Source: Dehalococcoidia bacterium (lineage in GTDB: Bacteria > Chloroflexota > Dehalococcoidia > Lucifugimonadales > UBA2962). Taken from it: DNA of 64,000 bases. The notes beneath the pieces were generated by a model. It saw nothing but the letters and a program-made list of their open reading frames with translations, was not told where the DNA came from and did not search any database. Every line of letters starts with the position of its first letter. Position 1 is the stretch's first letter. Positions 37,398 to 47,225 of the stretch are shown in pieces. A program made the translations under genes and the position numbers. The stretch spans positions 8,827-72,826 of the forward strand of contig OZ242262.1 of the NCBI GenBank assembly GCA_965207145.1, read 5' to 3'.

Positions 37398-38069
37398 GCT
37401 GAAGAGTAGCGTCTGAGGCGTTCCCCGCGCCGGCCCCCGGCGGCTGTGCCGGGCTGCGGCGCCGAGCCTATCGCTGAAGCCACGGATGGCCGTGGGCCCG
37501 GCTGTCCCGCCGATCCCCCCTCTCAGCAGGCTAGATCCACCGCGGCGCCCCTGTCTCCCTCGGCCGCAGACCCGACGGCTGCGGAGCCCGCAGTCTCCCC
37601 TCTCATCATCGTTGGAGAAAACGCACTCGTACTCGCGTTGCATATGTTTTGCATCTGCAATATAGTGCCCGGCGCAGAATAGCAGACTTGCGGCGAAATC
37701 ACGCGCCCAGGAAAGCAGGAACTCTCTAGCTCGAGTATCTCTAGAGCATGTCGCGGGGAGCATGAGCGCGCCTAGAGAAAGGATGTGCCGGCATGTCCAA
37801 GGTCCCTTACGCCCTGAGCTGGCTGGTCACCATCGAGTCCGACGCGGGCGGTGTAGTGGGCGGCAGCCTCTCCCGGCCACCGTCTCCGAGGAGACCCCCG
37901 AGGCCCTCGGCCCGCAGATGATGCAACTGATGACCCTGGCCCTGCATGAAGCACATCAGTCAGGTCCGCACACGGGGGCGAAGGTCCGGTGGCAAGCCCG
38001 GCCGCCGCAAAAGTCGACCCAGCCCCGCCGAGGGTCCCCGTTTCCGAATCGGATGGAGAAGGTCAGGTC

Positions 38070-39389
38070 ATGACGCATAGAGCGCTCGGGACAGCGGGTA
38101 CAGCCTTGGTCCTGCTCAGTGTGGTCCTTCTGGCAGCCTGTGGAGGCGACGATAAGGGTCTGTCCCGCATGGATGTCGAGGAGATAGTGCGCTCCGAGCT
38201 TGCTGCGGTCCAGGAACGGCAGTCAAACGCGGCCCCTCCCAGGTACATGCCGGAGGAGTACACCAAGTTCCTGGTAAGAGAGGCCATTGGCCGGTACGAG
38301 TCGGACGGCCGTGACGCCACCCTTGCCCACTACAACTCCGTGGAGAGCATCGACGGTCAATGGTACGTGTTCATCGGTGAACCGGACGGTGCGTTCCTCG
38401 CTCATGCCGCCAATCCCGACCTGGTGAACCGCCCTGTCTCCGATGCCGTGGGGCCGAACGAATACCCTGTGGGGGAAGCCGTGGCCGCAGTCGCCGACGA
38501 GGACGGCGAATGGTTCAGCTACACCTACCCAAACCCCGACACCGGCGCTGTCGAGACCAAGCACTCCTGGATGGTGAGCAGCCACGGGCTGGTCTTCGGC
38601 TCGGGGTGGTATGAGCGGGGGCCCAAGAAGTCGGACCCGGCGGCCTACACGCAGGCCTTCGTGCGGCAGGCGCTGAACCTCTACGACGCCATGGGGCTGG
38701 AGGACACCCTGGCCTACTACAACAGTAGTGAGAGCATCGACGGCCAATGGTACGTGTTCATCGGCGACCGGGATGACGTGCTGGTGGCCCACGCCTTCGA
38801 TCCGGACCTGGTGGGCCGTCACGCCTCGGAGGTCGTGGGGCCGAACAACTACCCCTCGGGCCTTGCGGTCCTAGCGGTGGCGGACCAGGACGGCGAATGG
38901 TTCAGCTACACCTACCCGAACCCCGCCACGGGCACCATTGAGACCAAGCACTCCTGGATCGTCGCGCATGACGGCCTTGTCTTCGGCTCCGGCTGGTATG
39001 AGGCTGGCCCCCCCAAATCCGACACTCCCGCCTACACCCGGGCCCTCGTCCAGCAGGCCCTGAACCTCTACGACGCCCTGGGGCTGGAGGACACCGTTGC
39101 GTACTACAGCTCCGAGGTCAATGTGGACGGTCCGTGGTATGTGTTCATCATCGGCGAGGACGGCCGCATAATCGCCCACTACGATCCGGAGCGCATGGGG
39201 CTGGATGCCGGTTCCCTGACGGATTCTGCGGGACGTCTGTACGGCCCTGAGCTGGTGGGAGCCACCGAGGAAGGCGAATGGGTGGACTATGTGAAGCTCA
39301 ACCCGGAGACGGGCCAGGAACAGCAGAAGTACTCCTGGGTGGTCCGACATGACGGTCTGGTCTTCGGCTCCGGCTGGTATGAGCGGTGA
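38070..39389 (+). CDS. Lipoprotein made of three tandem single-Cache (sCache_2-like) modules with no output domain.
   Basis: The lipobox reads LLAAC. It is followed by three repeats of ...YYNS-ESIDGQWYVFIG...AHA-NPDLV...VGPN-YP-G-AV-AVADEDGEWFSYTYPNP-TG--ETKHSW-V-H-GLVFGSGWYE. Confidence 0.75.
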   Translation: MTHRALGTAGTALVLLSVVLLAACGGDDKGLSRMDVEEIVRSELAAVQERQSNAAPPRYMPEEYTKFLVREAIGRYESDGRDATLAHYNSVESIDGQWYVFIGEPDGAFLAHAANPDLVNRPVSDAVGPNEYPVGEAVAAVADEDGEWFSYTYPNPDTGAVETKHSWMVSSHGLVFGSGWYERGPKKSDPAAYTQAFVRQALNLYDAMGLEDTLAYYNSSESIDGQWYVFIGDRDDVLVAHAFDPDLVGRHASEVVGPNNYPSGLAVLAVADQDGEWFSYTYPNPATGTIETKHSWIVAHDGLVFGSGWYEAGPPKSDTPAYTRALVQQALNLYDALGLEDTVAYYSSEVNVDGPWYVFIIGEDGRIIAHYDPERMGLDAGSLTDSAGRLYGPELVGATEEGEWVDYVKLNPETGQEQQKYSWVVRHDGLVFGSGWYER

Positions 39390-39817
39390 AGATGATCCGG
39401 CGGACCGATCACTTCCTCGGTCCTACTGGTGCGCGGTCGTCGCTCCGTGGAAACCGGGCGCTACAGCAGAGCTAGGACAGGCGAACCTGGAAGCCTGCCT
39501 CGACGGAAGAGTGGCCTCGGTGATGGGTCAGTTGGGTGTAGCTATGGGATCGGAATTCGCGGGCATGTTTGACCTCTCCGAGTCCTTTGAAGACATACCT
39601 ACAGAAGGTATGCCAAGAGACCAAGACGGCACACTTACGATCTGGGTGTCCGACAGCATGCTCAGCTGTAGGTCAAGTGACCTCAGGTAGCGGCCCGTAT
39701 GCGGCGCAGAGACCTTTTCGAATCTGATGGCGAGGACACTCCGTTTTGGCCTGGAGTCATAGGGTTGGCGGTGCTGGCGGCGGTGATGATCGGTCTCGTG
39801 CTCACACTCTCTAGAGG

Positions 39818-40015
39818 GTGCCACTCCAGTTGAAGATTAGGGCCTACTACTCCACCCTGCGCATCGTCTACCACACCCACGACGACTGCGAAGAGGGAAG
39901 GCGGATTCCCGAGAAGTTCCTGAAACGAGGCAAGGGTGGCAGGTCACTCTGCACCGACTGCAGGGCGCTGAATCAGAGACGAGTCCCCAAGTCCAACGAC
40001 GATGCGATCGACTGA
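39818..40015 (+). CDS. Small Cys-containing hypothetical protein.
   Basis: The probable TTG start gives MKIRAYYSTLRIVYHTHDDCEEGRRIPEKFLKRGKGGRSLCTDCRAL... This pattern recurs in small conserved hypotheticals of high-GC bacteria, from memory only. Confidence 0.3.
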   Translation: MPLQLKIRAYYSTLRIVYHTHDDCEEGRRIPEKFLKRGKGGRSLCTDCRALNQRRVPKSNDDAID

Positions 40016-41059
40016 CTGCAAGTGGGTTGCGGTCATAGTGCTGTCGGTGTCAGTCGGTGCAGCGTTTGCCCTCACCATCATCTTTGTCGGGTAGGGAGAG
40101 GAATTGGCCTACAGCGTTTACAGGGACGGGACACCATGCAGGGGATGGTCCACGACATCAATTGCCTCTTCACAAGCTTTCACCTCATGGAAAGCCCCAA
40201 GCCGGTGTCTTATTTCCAGGCCTCGACATGGGCACGCCGAATAGGGCAGCTATCTCTCTGCGTGGCTTCTTGCCCTGATGCTGATCAGCGCCGTCTTCAC
40301 AGTCGTCGGCAGCTGCGCCACGTTTATTCTCACCACCCAATGACATGAAGGCTATCCCCGTACTTGGACTGCTCATAGTCCGCCGCGGTTATCTATCGGA
40401 CCGCTACAACCGTGTCATGAATTTCCCTGGAACCGTGGCACCTCCGTAGATTTCTTCCACAGGTTGGAAGATCACAGGGAAATGGCGTTCCAGATCCTCT
40501 CGGCTGCTGCTCCGCCCCAGTTCGTCCGTCACCGCAAAATAACCGGTGCTTAACACGGCGAAAAGGCTCGCTGAAAGCCATTGCAACTACCGTATACGGT
40601 AAGATACTGAACTGGTGCTACAGTGCCCTTACGCTCGTTAACTGCTGGAAGACGCGCTTTATCGGTGTGGACTGGGCCGTTGCAATGTGGATCCGAGCGG
40701 ACTGACCTTTCGACGATCCTGAAGTAATACGGTCGTTCAGCTACTGCGAAAGCAACATGTCATTTGGGAGCGTCGAGAAGCGAAAGTCTGGGGCTTACCG
40801 GCCGCCCGGGCAAGAGTCTACAGACGAATGTACTGCGAATTAGGGTAGACACCTGTTCGCTACGTTGGGCAACAGCATTGGCCACACATGACGATGACAT
40901 TGACGCCATGTCGGTCCTAAAGGAGCACCCTGTTAGGCACCTAGCTTCTCCATTTGGCCGATCTTGGAAGCTTTCTGTGCCGGTAAGAGATGCTGCCATC
41001 GAGGGGCGGAAGCCTAGACTGGCACATCGCATCAAGATAGTGCATCGAGGTCAGACCTG

Positions 41060-43087
41060 ATGACTGCGTCAAAGGGTGAAACGACGATCCAATCGCTCAG
41101 CTTGACTGAAGAACTCCTCCTGATGCTCCTCAACGAGGAGAGTGGTTATTTCCACCAGGTGCCCGGATGGGACCTTAACTGCGCCGTCGTCGGTGCCGTG
41201 CTAGCGGAACTTTCACTCAGGTCTCGAATTGACACAGATCTTGAATCACTTTTTGTCGTTGACGAGACAGAAACGGGTAGACCCACACTGGACTCTATCC
41301 TGAAGGAAATCGCAGCCGAACCGGTCCAAAGGACCACGCAGTACTGGATCGAGAGGCTGGCGCCCCGCGCGGAGTCAATCATCGATTGGACTCTTGATCA
41401 CCTGGTTGACCTGAAGATTCTGGAACACCACGACGGGGAGTTCTGGACGCTGTCCCGTACTACATGGCAAGAGGGGATGTTTGGCAACTCGTCGGAGGGG
41501 ACCGCAGTCCAGTTTGTAAAGACCCGTATCAGCAACGCGATCTTCAATAACGAGATCCCTGACCCGAGGGATGTCATCATCATCTGCCTGATCAACACGT
41601 GCGACGTCTTCCGTTTCATGTTCCAGCTTGATGACGAGGCGGAGGAGCGTATTCAGTTCATCTGCAAGATGGACCTGATCGGCCGCTCCATAGCTGAAGC
41701 GGTGGCCCACAATCTGGCGGGCCCGCTGTTCCGACGTTCGGCCCTGACCAAGAAGATCCCTACCGCTTCCTTGCGCAAGATCCTGTTCAATCCTCACATC
41801 CGCAAGGGCAACATACCGGCAGTGTTCGCGGACCTTGCGCACGAGTATGGCCCGGTGTTTCAGATCCGACCTCCGTTTTCCGAGCCCATGATCGTCTTGG
41901 CGGGCTCCGACACAAATCAGTGGGTCCATCGCCGAGGTCGAATGTACCTGAGAGCGAGGGACTATTTCTCGGACTTTGAGAAAGTCTATGGCGCCGCCGG
42001 GGTGCTGCCCGCCCTTGACGGCGCCGACCATTTCCGACTGCGCAAGTCCTTATCGGCGGCCTATTCCCGCAAGAGACTGGCGGGACAGATAGACGACCTT
42101 TACGGACATGCGCGAAGGCATATGGCGCAGTGGACAGTTGGGGAGGTCTACCCAGCGACCGGCATGAGCCGGCAAATGATCAACGCTCAGATCTCGCCTT
42201 TCATGGTGGGAGTTGAGACTCAGGACATCATTGACGACCTGCTCAAGTTCAAGGAACGGGCGCTCAGCGTCCACATTATGAAGATCATGCCGAAGTTCAT
42301 GCTGAAAACTCCCGGCATGAGGCGCCGGGCGAAGTTCATCGAAGCGTTGCTCGAGCGCGTCTACAGCGTGCATACCCCCGCCCAGCGAGCCGGACGGCCC
42401 CTAGACCTGGTGGACGACTATCTGAGCCTGCATGCGAGCGATCCGCAGTTCATACCCGAATCTAACCTCAGGTTCGCCTTTACCGCGGCGCTGGTGGCCA
42501 GCGCATACCTCGGCGATGCGTTTAGCTTCACCCTGTATGCCATGGCCTCGCAGCCGGAGGTCCACGCGAGAATCCAGGCCGAGGCCGACGCCCTGTTTGG
42601 CAACGGCGATCCGAAGCCCGAGGACTTCAGCCCGTCCACGATTGATGTCACGCACCGCTTCATGATGGAGTGCATGCGCATGTACCCGGTCGTTCCGATG
42701 TCCATTCGAAACGTGATGAATTCCTGTGTGGTAGAGGACTACGAACTGCCGGTGGGTTCGAGGGTCATCATCGCCCAGACGTCCACGCATTACATGGAGG
42801 ATGTCTTTCCAGATCCCTTCAAGTTCGATATCGACCGCTATCTGCCCCCGCGCAATGAGCACCTCAGCCCCGGGTACGCACCCTACGGGCTGGGTACCCA
42901 CACATGCCTCGGCTCCCGGTGGATGGAGTTGCAACTGGCCGTCAACCTGCTGATGGTTGCGCACTACTTCACGCTTGAGGTGCTGCCGAAGAACTTCGAG
43001 TTCCGGTTTAACCCCATACCGTCGATGAAGCCGAGCAGCAGGCTGAAGTTCCGCATAACCGGGAAAAGGCGCGAACTGAGCGCTTAA
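41060..43087 (+). CDS. Fusion protein: N-terminal GPP34/GOLPH3-family domain plus C-terminal cytochrome P450.
   Basis: The N-terminal region reads LSLTEELLLMLLNEESGYFHQVPGWDLNCAVVGAVLAELSLRSRI, the GPP34 pattern. The C-terminal region has ExxR (ECMRMYP) and the haem loop APYGLGTHTCLGSRWMELQ. It is a single uninterrupted 675-aa ORF. Confidence 0.85.
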   Translation: MTASKGETTIQSLSLTEELLLMLLNEESGYFHQVPGWDLNCAVVGAVLAELSLRSRIDTDLESLFVVDETETGRPTLDSILKEIAAEPVQRTTQYWIERLAPRAESIIDWTLDHLVDLKILEHHDGEFWTLSRTTWQEGMFGNSSEGTAVQFVKTRISNAIFNNEIPDPRDVIIICLINTCDVFRFMFQLDDEAEERIQFICKMDLIGRSIAEAVAHNLAGPLFRRSALTKKIPTASLRKILFNPHIRKGNIPAVFADLAHEYGPVFQIRPPFSEPMIVLAGSDTNQWVHRRGRMYLRARDYFSDFEKVYGAAGVLPALDGADHFRLRKSLSAAYSRKRLAGQIDDLYGHARRHMAQWTVGEVYPATGMSRQMINAQISPFMVGVETQDIIDDLLKFKERALSVHIMKIMPKFMLKTPGMRRRAKFIEALLERVYSVHTPAQRAGRPLDLVDDYLSLHASDPQFIPESNLRFAFTAALVASAYLGDAFSFTLYAMASQPEVHARIQAEADALFGNGDPKPEDFSPSTIDVTHRFMMECMRMYPVVPMSIRNVMNSCVVEDYELPVGSRVIIAQTSTHYMEDVFPDPFKFDIDRYLPPRNEHLSPGYAPYGLGTHTCLGSRWMELQLAVNLLMVAHYFTLEVLPKNFEFRFNPIPSMKPSSRLKFRITGKRRELSA

Positions 43088-43116
43088 CGCACCACTGGAT
43101 CGCGCCCGACAGGCTG

Positions 43117-44172
43117 CTAAGGAGAGGGGCTAGGTCTAAGAGGCTTGCGCGCCAGGAAACAGTAAAGTGGCGTGAAGATCCCGGCCCTGCCGCCCGCGAC
43201 ATAGGCGTTTGCAGTCCTATCCAGCAGCCTGACGACGTCCGCAGAGCCCTTGGGAAACACGCCCAGCACCTCGGCCAGCCTGCATACCCCGACAAAAGCC
43301 TTGCGGCCCAGCGGAATCCTGTAGAGGGCGCCGCGCAGTGCTCCGTCCGGGGCTTCCATGGGTCGATACCACGGGGTGATCGAACCGTTCTCCCCGACGC
43401 CGCGGTCAATCCCCTCGATGACCTCGAATCCCGCCGCTACGAGCGACCGGTTCACCTCATCCGTCGTGGCGATTTCCTTGAGCGCTATGCCGTGCATCAG
43501 GTCCTGCTTTTTGGCCAGGTGCCCAGCATCGCTGGGGTCGAACCTGTCCGTCATGCACATCTCCTGACCCCAGAAGAGAGCTCCGGGCTTCAGCACGCGG
43601 CATATCTCGGCGAACGCTCCCACCTTGTCCGGGGCATGGCAGGTCGATTCGATCGCGTAACCGCGGTCGAACGTGTCGTCCGCGATTGCGCCCATGTCCA
43701 TGAAGCTGCACTCGAGGTAGTCGACCATGTAGTCGACCCCCGCCTCGGCGTTCAACGATTTCGCCCTGTCAAGCTGGATCTTATTGTTGTTGACCCCTAC
43801 GACCCTGGCGCCGACCTCACGGACTACACGGCGCATGGGGCCGCCTATCCCACAACCGACATCGATCACCGTCATGCCCTCGCTCATCTCCAGCTTGTCG
43901 ATCATCAGTCGCTGATGCCTGAGCTTGGACTCCTCCAGGCTCTCCCCGGGCGATAGCGGCGCGAAGTGGAGGGATTCGCCCCAGCCGAACACCATGAATT
44001 CGCCGCAAAGGTCATAGTACTCCTTGACGGTTGCTGCGTGGTCGTAGCCCGGCCCGCTAACCCCCTGCGCGGACGCCCTGTCGAGCCATCCATCAAATCG
44101 CTGCACGCGACGGGCTACGGGGGATCCCAGGTACGCGGCCTCCAGCCCTTTGCGTAGATTGCCGAGTTGCAT
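43117..44172 (-). CDS. Sterol C-24 methyltransferase (ERG6/SMT1-family) homologue.
   Basis: YYDLCGEFMVFGWGESLHFA (SMT region I), VIDVGCGIGGP (SAM motif I), YAIESTCHAP (SMT region II), VLKPGALF, EMCMTDRFDP, and the C-terminal TPWYRPME...GRKAF...LGVFPKGS...AGGRAGIFTPLYCFLARKP (Sterol_MT_C-like). Confidence 0.8.
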   Translation of the reverse strand: MQLGNLRKGLEAAYLGSPVARRVQRFDGWLDRASAQGVSGPGYDHAATVKEYYDLCGEFMVFGWGESLHFAPLSPGESLEESKLRHQRLMIDKLEMSEGMTVIDVGCGIGGPMRRVVREVGARVVGVNNNKIQLDRAKSLNAEAGVDYMVDYLECSFMDMGAIADDTFDRGYAIESTCHAPDKVGAFAEICRVLKPGALFWGQEMCMTDRFDPSDAGHLAKKQDLMHGIALKEIATTDEVNRSLVAAGFEVIEGIDRGVGENGSITPWYRPMEAPDGALRGALYRIPLGRKAFVGVCRLAEVLGVFPKGSADVVRLLDRTANAYVAGGRAGIFTPLYCFLARKPLRPSPSP

Positions 44173-44364
44173 GAGTTCCTTTCAGAACAGCTGGGCCGAG
44201 CGGACTATTCGCCTGCGACAGGGGTACCTTCGCGGGAGATTACTACCCTAGCTGCTGTCATGGTGCCGCTGCCCCAACACAGTAGCGGAGAAACGGTCAC
44301 GTTTGTACAGGGAGATTCTATCTAATTGCAGGTAGGCCCCGTCGATGGACTCACCTGCGCCCAT

Positions 44365-44595
44365 CTTTCGTTTCAATCGCTGTGACGCTGCCATATACGC
44401 TTGAGCCTGCAATCCAGGCAGATCTGTCGAAGCCCACGAGCCCACGATTCCGGAGAAAGAACGAGGGGCTCTGCTTCCATCACACGTTCATCATCTGCTC
44501 TCCACCAGTTCATAACCGGATCCTTGGCGCTAGGAGCTAGAGTGATGCTACGCACTGAAGGGTTCTACGCTCACTCACCAGCGGCCCATCACTGC
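44365..44595 (+). repeat. Copy B of the dispersed intergenic element (copy A at 25885-26105).
   Basis: See copy A. It lies between the two methyltransferase genes. Confidence 0.5.
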
Positions 44596-44709
44596 GGGCC
44601 GTTCGACCGGGCCTGAGTCCAGTCGGGGATTACCGGGATCTGTCGCACTCGTCACGCCGGCCAAGGCCGGTATCCAGGGGCCAGGCAGATCCGCGCAGGA
44701 TGAACCAAT

Positions 44710-45549
44710 CTAGTCGCCCTTCACCCCCACTGCATGCGCCCTCGCCGTTGACAGGTAGGCGTCAGGGTGCTTTGCCCACTCGCGGATGCCGCTGACCATC
44801 GACTCTAGCTCAGAGTCAGTGGTCAGGCCCAGTTCAATCGACTCCTGGAACAGCGGGACGTTCTCAATCCACGCGATGTAGATCTCGGCCGACGCGCTCG
44901 CGGCGTCCTGCCCCAACACGTGGGACATATTGGTCTCGAACTCGATGACGTCGAAACCGGCCTCACGCATGTGGGACCTCAGGAAGCGCCCTCGGTTAAG
45001 CGATCCGCCGATTCGCGTAAAGCCGCCCTCGAACAGCTCGAAGAACCTGCTCAGCTCAGGACACTCCGGCACGATGAACGGGAACGACCAGTCGGTACGA
45101 GCGACCGCTCCGACGCCGCCGGGTTTCGTGACCCTGAGTATCTCCCTCAGCGCACGGACGGGATCGGACAGGTGCTCGGTGACCGCGCTGGAAAACACGA
45201 CATCGAACTCGCCGTCTTCGTATGGCAGGTCGTAGATGTCCGCTACCTGGAACGCGAGGTTCTCCAGTCCGCTGTCGGCGGCTAGCCGGTTGGCCCGCTC
45301 GATCATCGTCGGCTCGATGTCGATGCCCACGACCCGGCCGGGCGCCACGATCTCCGCGAAACTGAGCGCGATCGGCCCCGGCCCGCAGCCGCAGTCGAGT
45401 ACGCTCTTACCCTCAGACAGGTGCGGCACTAGGAAGTCGGCGAGCCGGACTGTGTCACGGTTAGCGTAGCCCCGCTGAACTCTGGCCGAGTCGTATCCGT
45501 AGAATGGTCTTCCTCCGAACTGCGGAGTCTGTGGTACGTGTGCCGTCAT
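44710..45549 (-). CDS. Class I SAM-dependent methyltransferase (Methyltransf_11/25-like).
   Basis: VLDCGCGPGPIALSFAEIV...VVGIDIE...FDVVFSSAVTEHL...VTKPGG. Confidence 0.85.
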   Translation of the reverse strand: MTAHVPQTPQFGGRPFYGYDSARVQRGYANRDTVRLADFLVPHLSEGKSVLDCGCGPGPIALSFAEIVAPGRVVGIDIEPTMIERANRLAADSGLENLAFQVADIYDLPYEDGEFDVVFSSAVTEHLSDPVRALREILRVTKPGGVGAVARTDWSFPFIVPECPELSRFFELFEGGFTRIGGSLNRGRFLRSHMREAGFDVIEFETNMSHVLGQDAASASAEIYIAWIENVPLFQESIELGLTTDSELESMVSGIREWAKHPDAYLSTARAHAVGVKGD

Positions 45550-45736
45550 AATCGTGGTCCTATTGCTGCCTCACGGCTTCTCGTATATTTGAGCGCGGTG
45601 CCTGTTGGACTCGGTCTCGGTGCGCCCGCCTGACTGATGCTACCCTGATACAGGCTGATTTGGAGGATGGGTTCTTCGATAGGTCGAGTTACGGCGTGCT
45701 CAAGGACAACATGGGCGGCGTCTGACTCTTTGGTGG

Positions 45737-46306
45737 GTGGAGGTACGATCGGTGGTGAACGCTAATCGCGGCTGTCGCTTAAGCATCGCCGGGAAAGTAC
45801 TGTTCCCGCTGCTAGCCGGGACCATCGTCGCTATCCTGTCCTGCACCGGCGAGCCGGGCAGTTCTTCGACACAGATGACCGTGGTTCCATCCATCACCCC
45901 GGTCCCTACAGTCCCCAAGGATGTTCAGGGGTGCGCCGTAGGCCCAAACGCGGAGTGCCCGGGCGCCAGATTCGATGGACAGGACTTCAGCGAGATTCCT
46001 TCAGTCCAGGGTGGTGGCTCCAGGGGCCGGGAAGCGGCCGATTTCTCCGGGTCTACCCTCGAGGGAGCCAGCTTCGTGGGCTCCAATCTCGAAGGGGTGT
46101 TTTTTGAGGGGGCGAACCTGCGCGACGTGGACTTTCAGGATGCCAACCTCAGAGGAGCCTCCTTCTATCAGGCCGACCTGTCAGGGTCCGACTTCACCGG
46201 TGCAGACCTCGAGAACGCTGACATGGAGGATGCGATATTGCAGGGAGTCATTTACTGTCGCACCAAGACTCCTGATGGCTCCGTTAGTGACAGGGATTGT
46301 CCCTGA
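45737..46306 (+). CDS. Pentapeptide-repeat lipoprotein.
   Basis: The lipobox reads VAILSC. It is followed by ADFSGSTLEGASFVGSNLEGVFFEGANLRDVDFQDANLRGASFYQADLSGSDFTGADLENADMEDAIL. Confidence 0.8.
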   Translation: MEVRSVVNANRGCRLSIAGKVLFPLLAGTIVAILSCTGEPGSSSTQMTVVPSITPVPTVPKDVQGCAVGPNAECPGARFDGQDFSEIPSVQGGGSRGREAADFSGSTLEGASFVGSNLEGVFFEGANLRDVDFQDANLRGASFYQADLSGSDFTGADLENADMEDAILQGVIYCRTKTPDGSVSDRDCP

Positions 46307-46579
46307 GTTCCATAGAGCGTGAGGGCGGAGACGGGTGAATCGCCATGAGCAATCTCTGGCGGAGGCCAGAGGTGCACGGTCGAGTCTGGCTCGAGCGATG
46401 CCGACGGATTAACGAGAAAGGCCACCGCTAGTGAACGAGTTTCCTCGTCGCTGCACGGGGAATCCACGCGGTTGTGCGTTCTGCGGGAGCAGACTCCTGC
46501 ATGAGAGAATGCAGACCATATGCTTGGCTTAGAGTACGAGTGCTCCAGAGGTTGGAGATGAGGATCACGGTTTTTTTCC

Positions 46580-46939
46580 TTGATTGCGGTGGGGCTAACC
46601 GTGCTGGCGATAGCGGCGTGCGGAACGGAGGAATCTCGCCCTCAGAGGCTATACGACTTTTACCAACACGAGAGAGAATCTAATCCCACCCGATTGGCCG
46701 CGCGAATTGCGGCCGAAGAAATGCGCAAGTTTTCGGGCCACATAACGAACATTGACGGCCCGAAGGTTCAATTCCACCCTGACGATCGGATATCGCAACG
46801 GGATCGGTATATCGAGTGCCGGTTCGCTGATCTGGAATCCGTTTCGCAACTGGACACGGGCCAGTACATCACTTTGTTCGGAAGACTCGTCCGCGCCGAC
46901 CACATAATCGTCTTCGACGATTGCACCGTCGCCCAGTGA
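46580..46939 (+). CDS. Hypothetical lipoprotein. The start is uncertain; see the T7-tract finding.
   Basis: The TTG start gives LIAVGLTVLAIAACGTEES (lipobox IAAC). An ATG at 46558 with an AGAGG RBS would supply a proper MRITVF n-region if the T7 run at 46571-46577 were T6. Confidence 0.55.
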   Translation: MIAVGLTVLAIAACGTEESRPQRLYDFYQHERESNPTRLAARIAAEEMRKFSGHITNIDGPKVQFHPDDRISQRDRYIECRFADLESVSQLDTGQYITLFGRLVRADHIIVFDDCTVAQ

Positions 46940-47225
46940 CAGACCTTCCCTTCCTTCAGTTGATATAGCCGCGATCCGGCGTCAGTGGCCCCAGGTCGAT
47001 CATTGGCGGTGGGTCCGATTGACCACGTCGCGGCCTGACGATTCCCTGAGGCCAGACACATCGCCGGATTCGCCGGCCAAAGGGCACGGCCTGGGCATCA
47101 ACGACCCGCCACCCGGCCACAGACGGTGGCGCCAATGCCTGACCGTCGGTTGGTATGGAAACTATCAACGCCACCTGTTACCCTCGCTGCTCAGCAACGA
47201 GCATGGTGAAGGACACATAAAGGTC

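Noticed and set aside
37206-37763. 185-aa minus-strand ORF overlapping the MarR 3' end.
   Set aside because: It has no motifs, an Arg/Gly-rich composition, and overlaps a supported gene.
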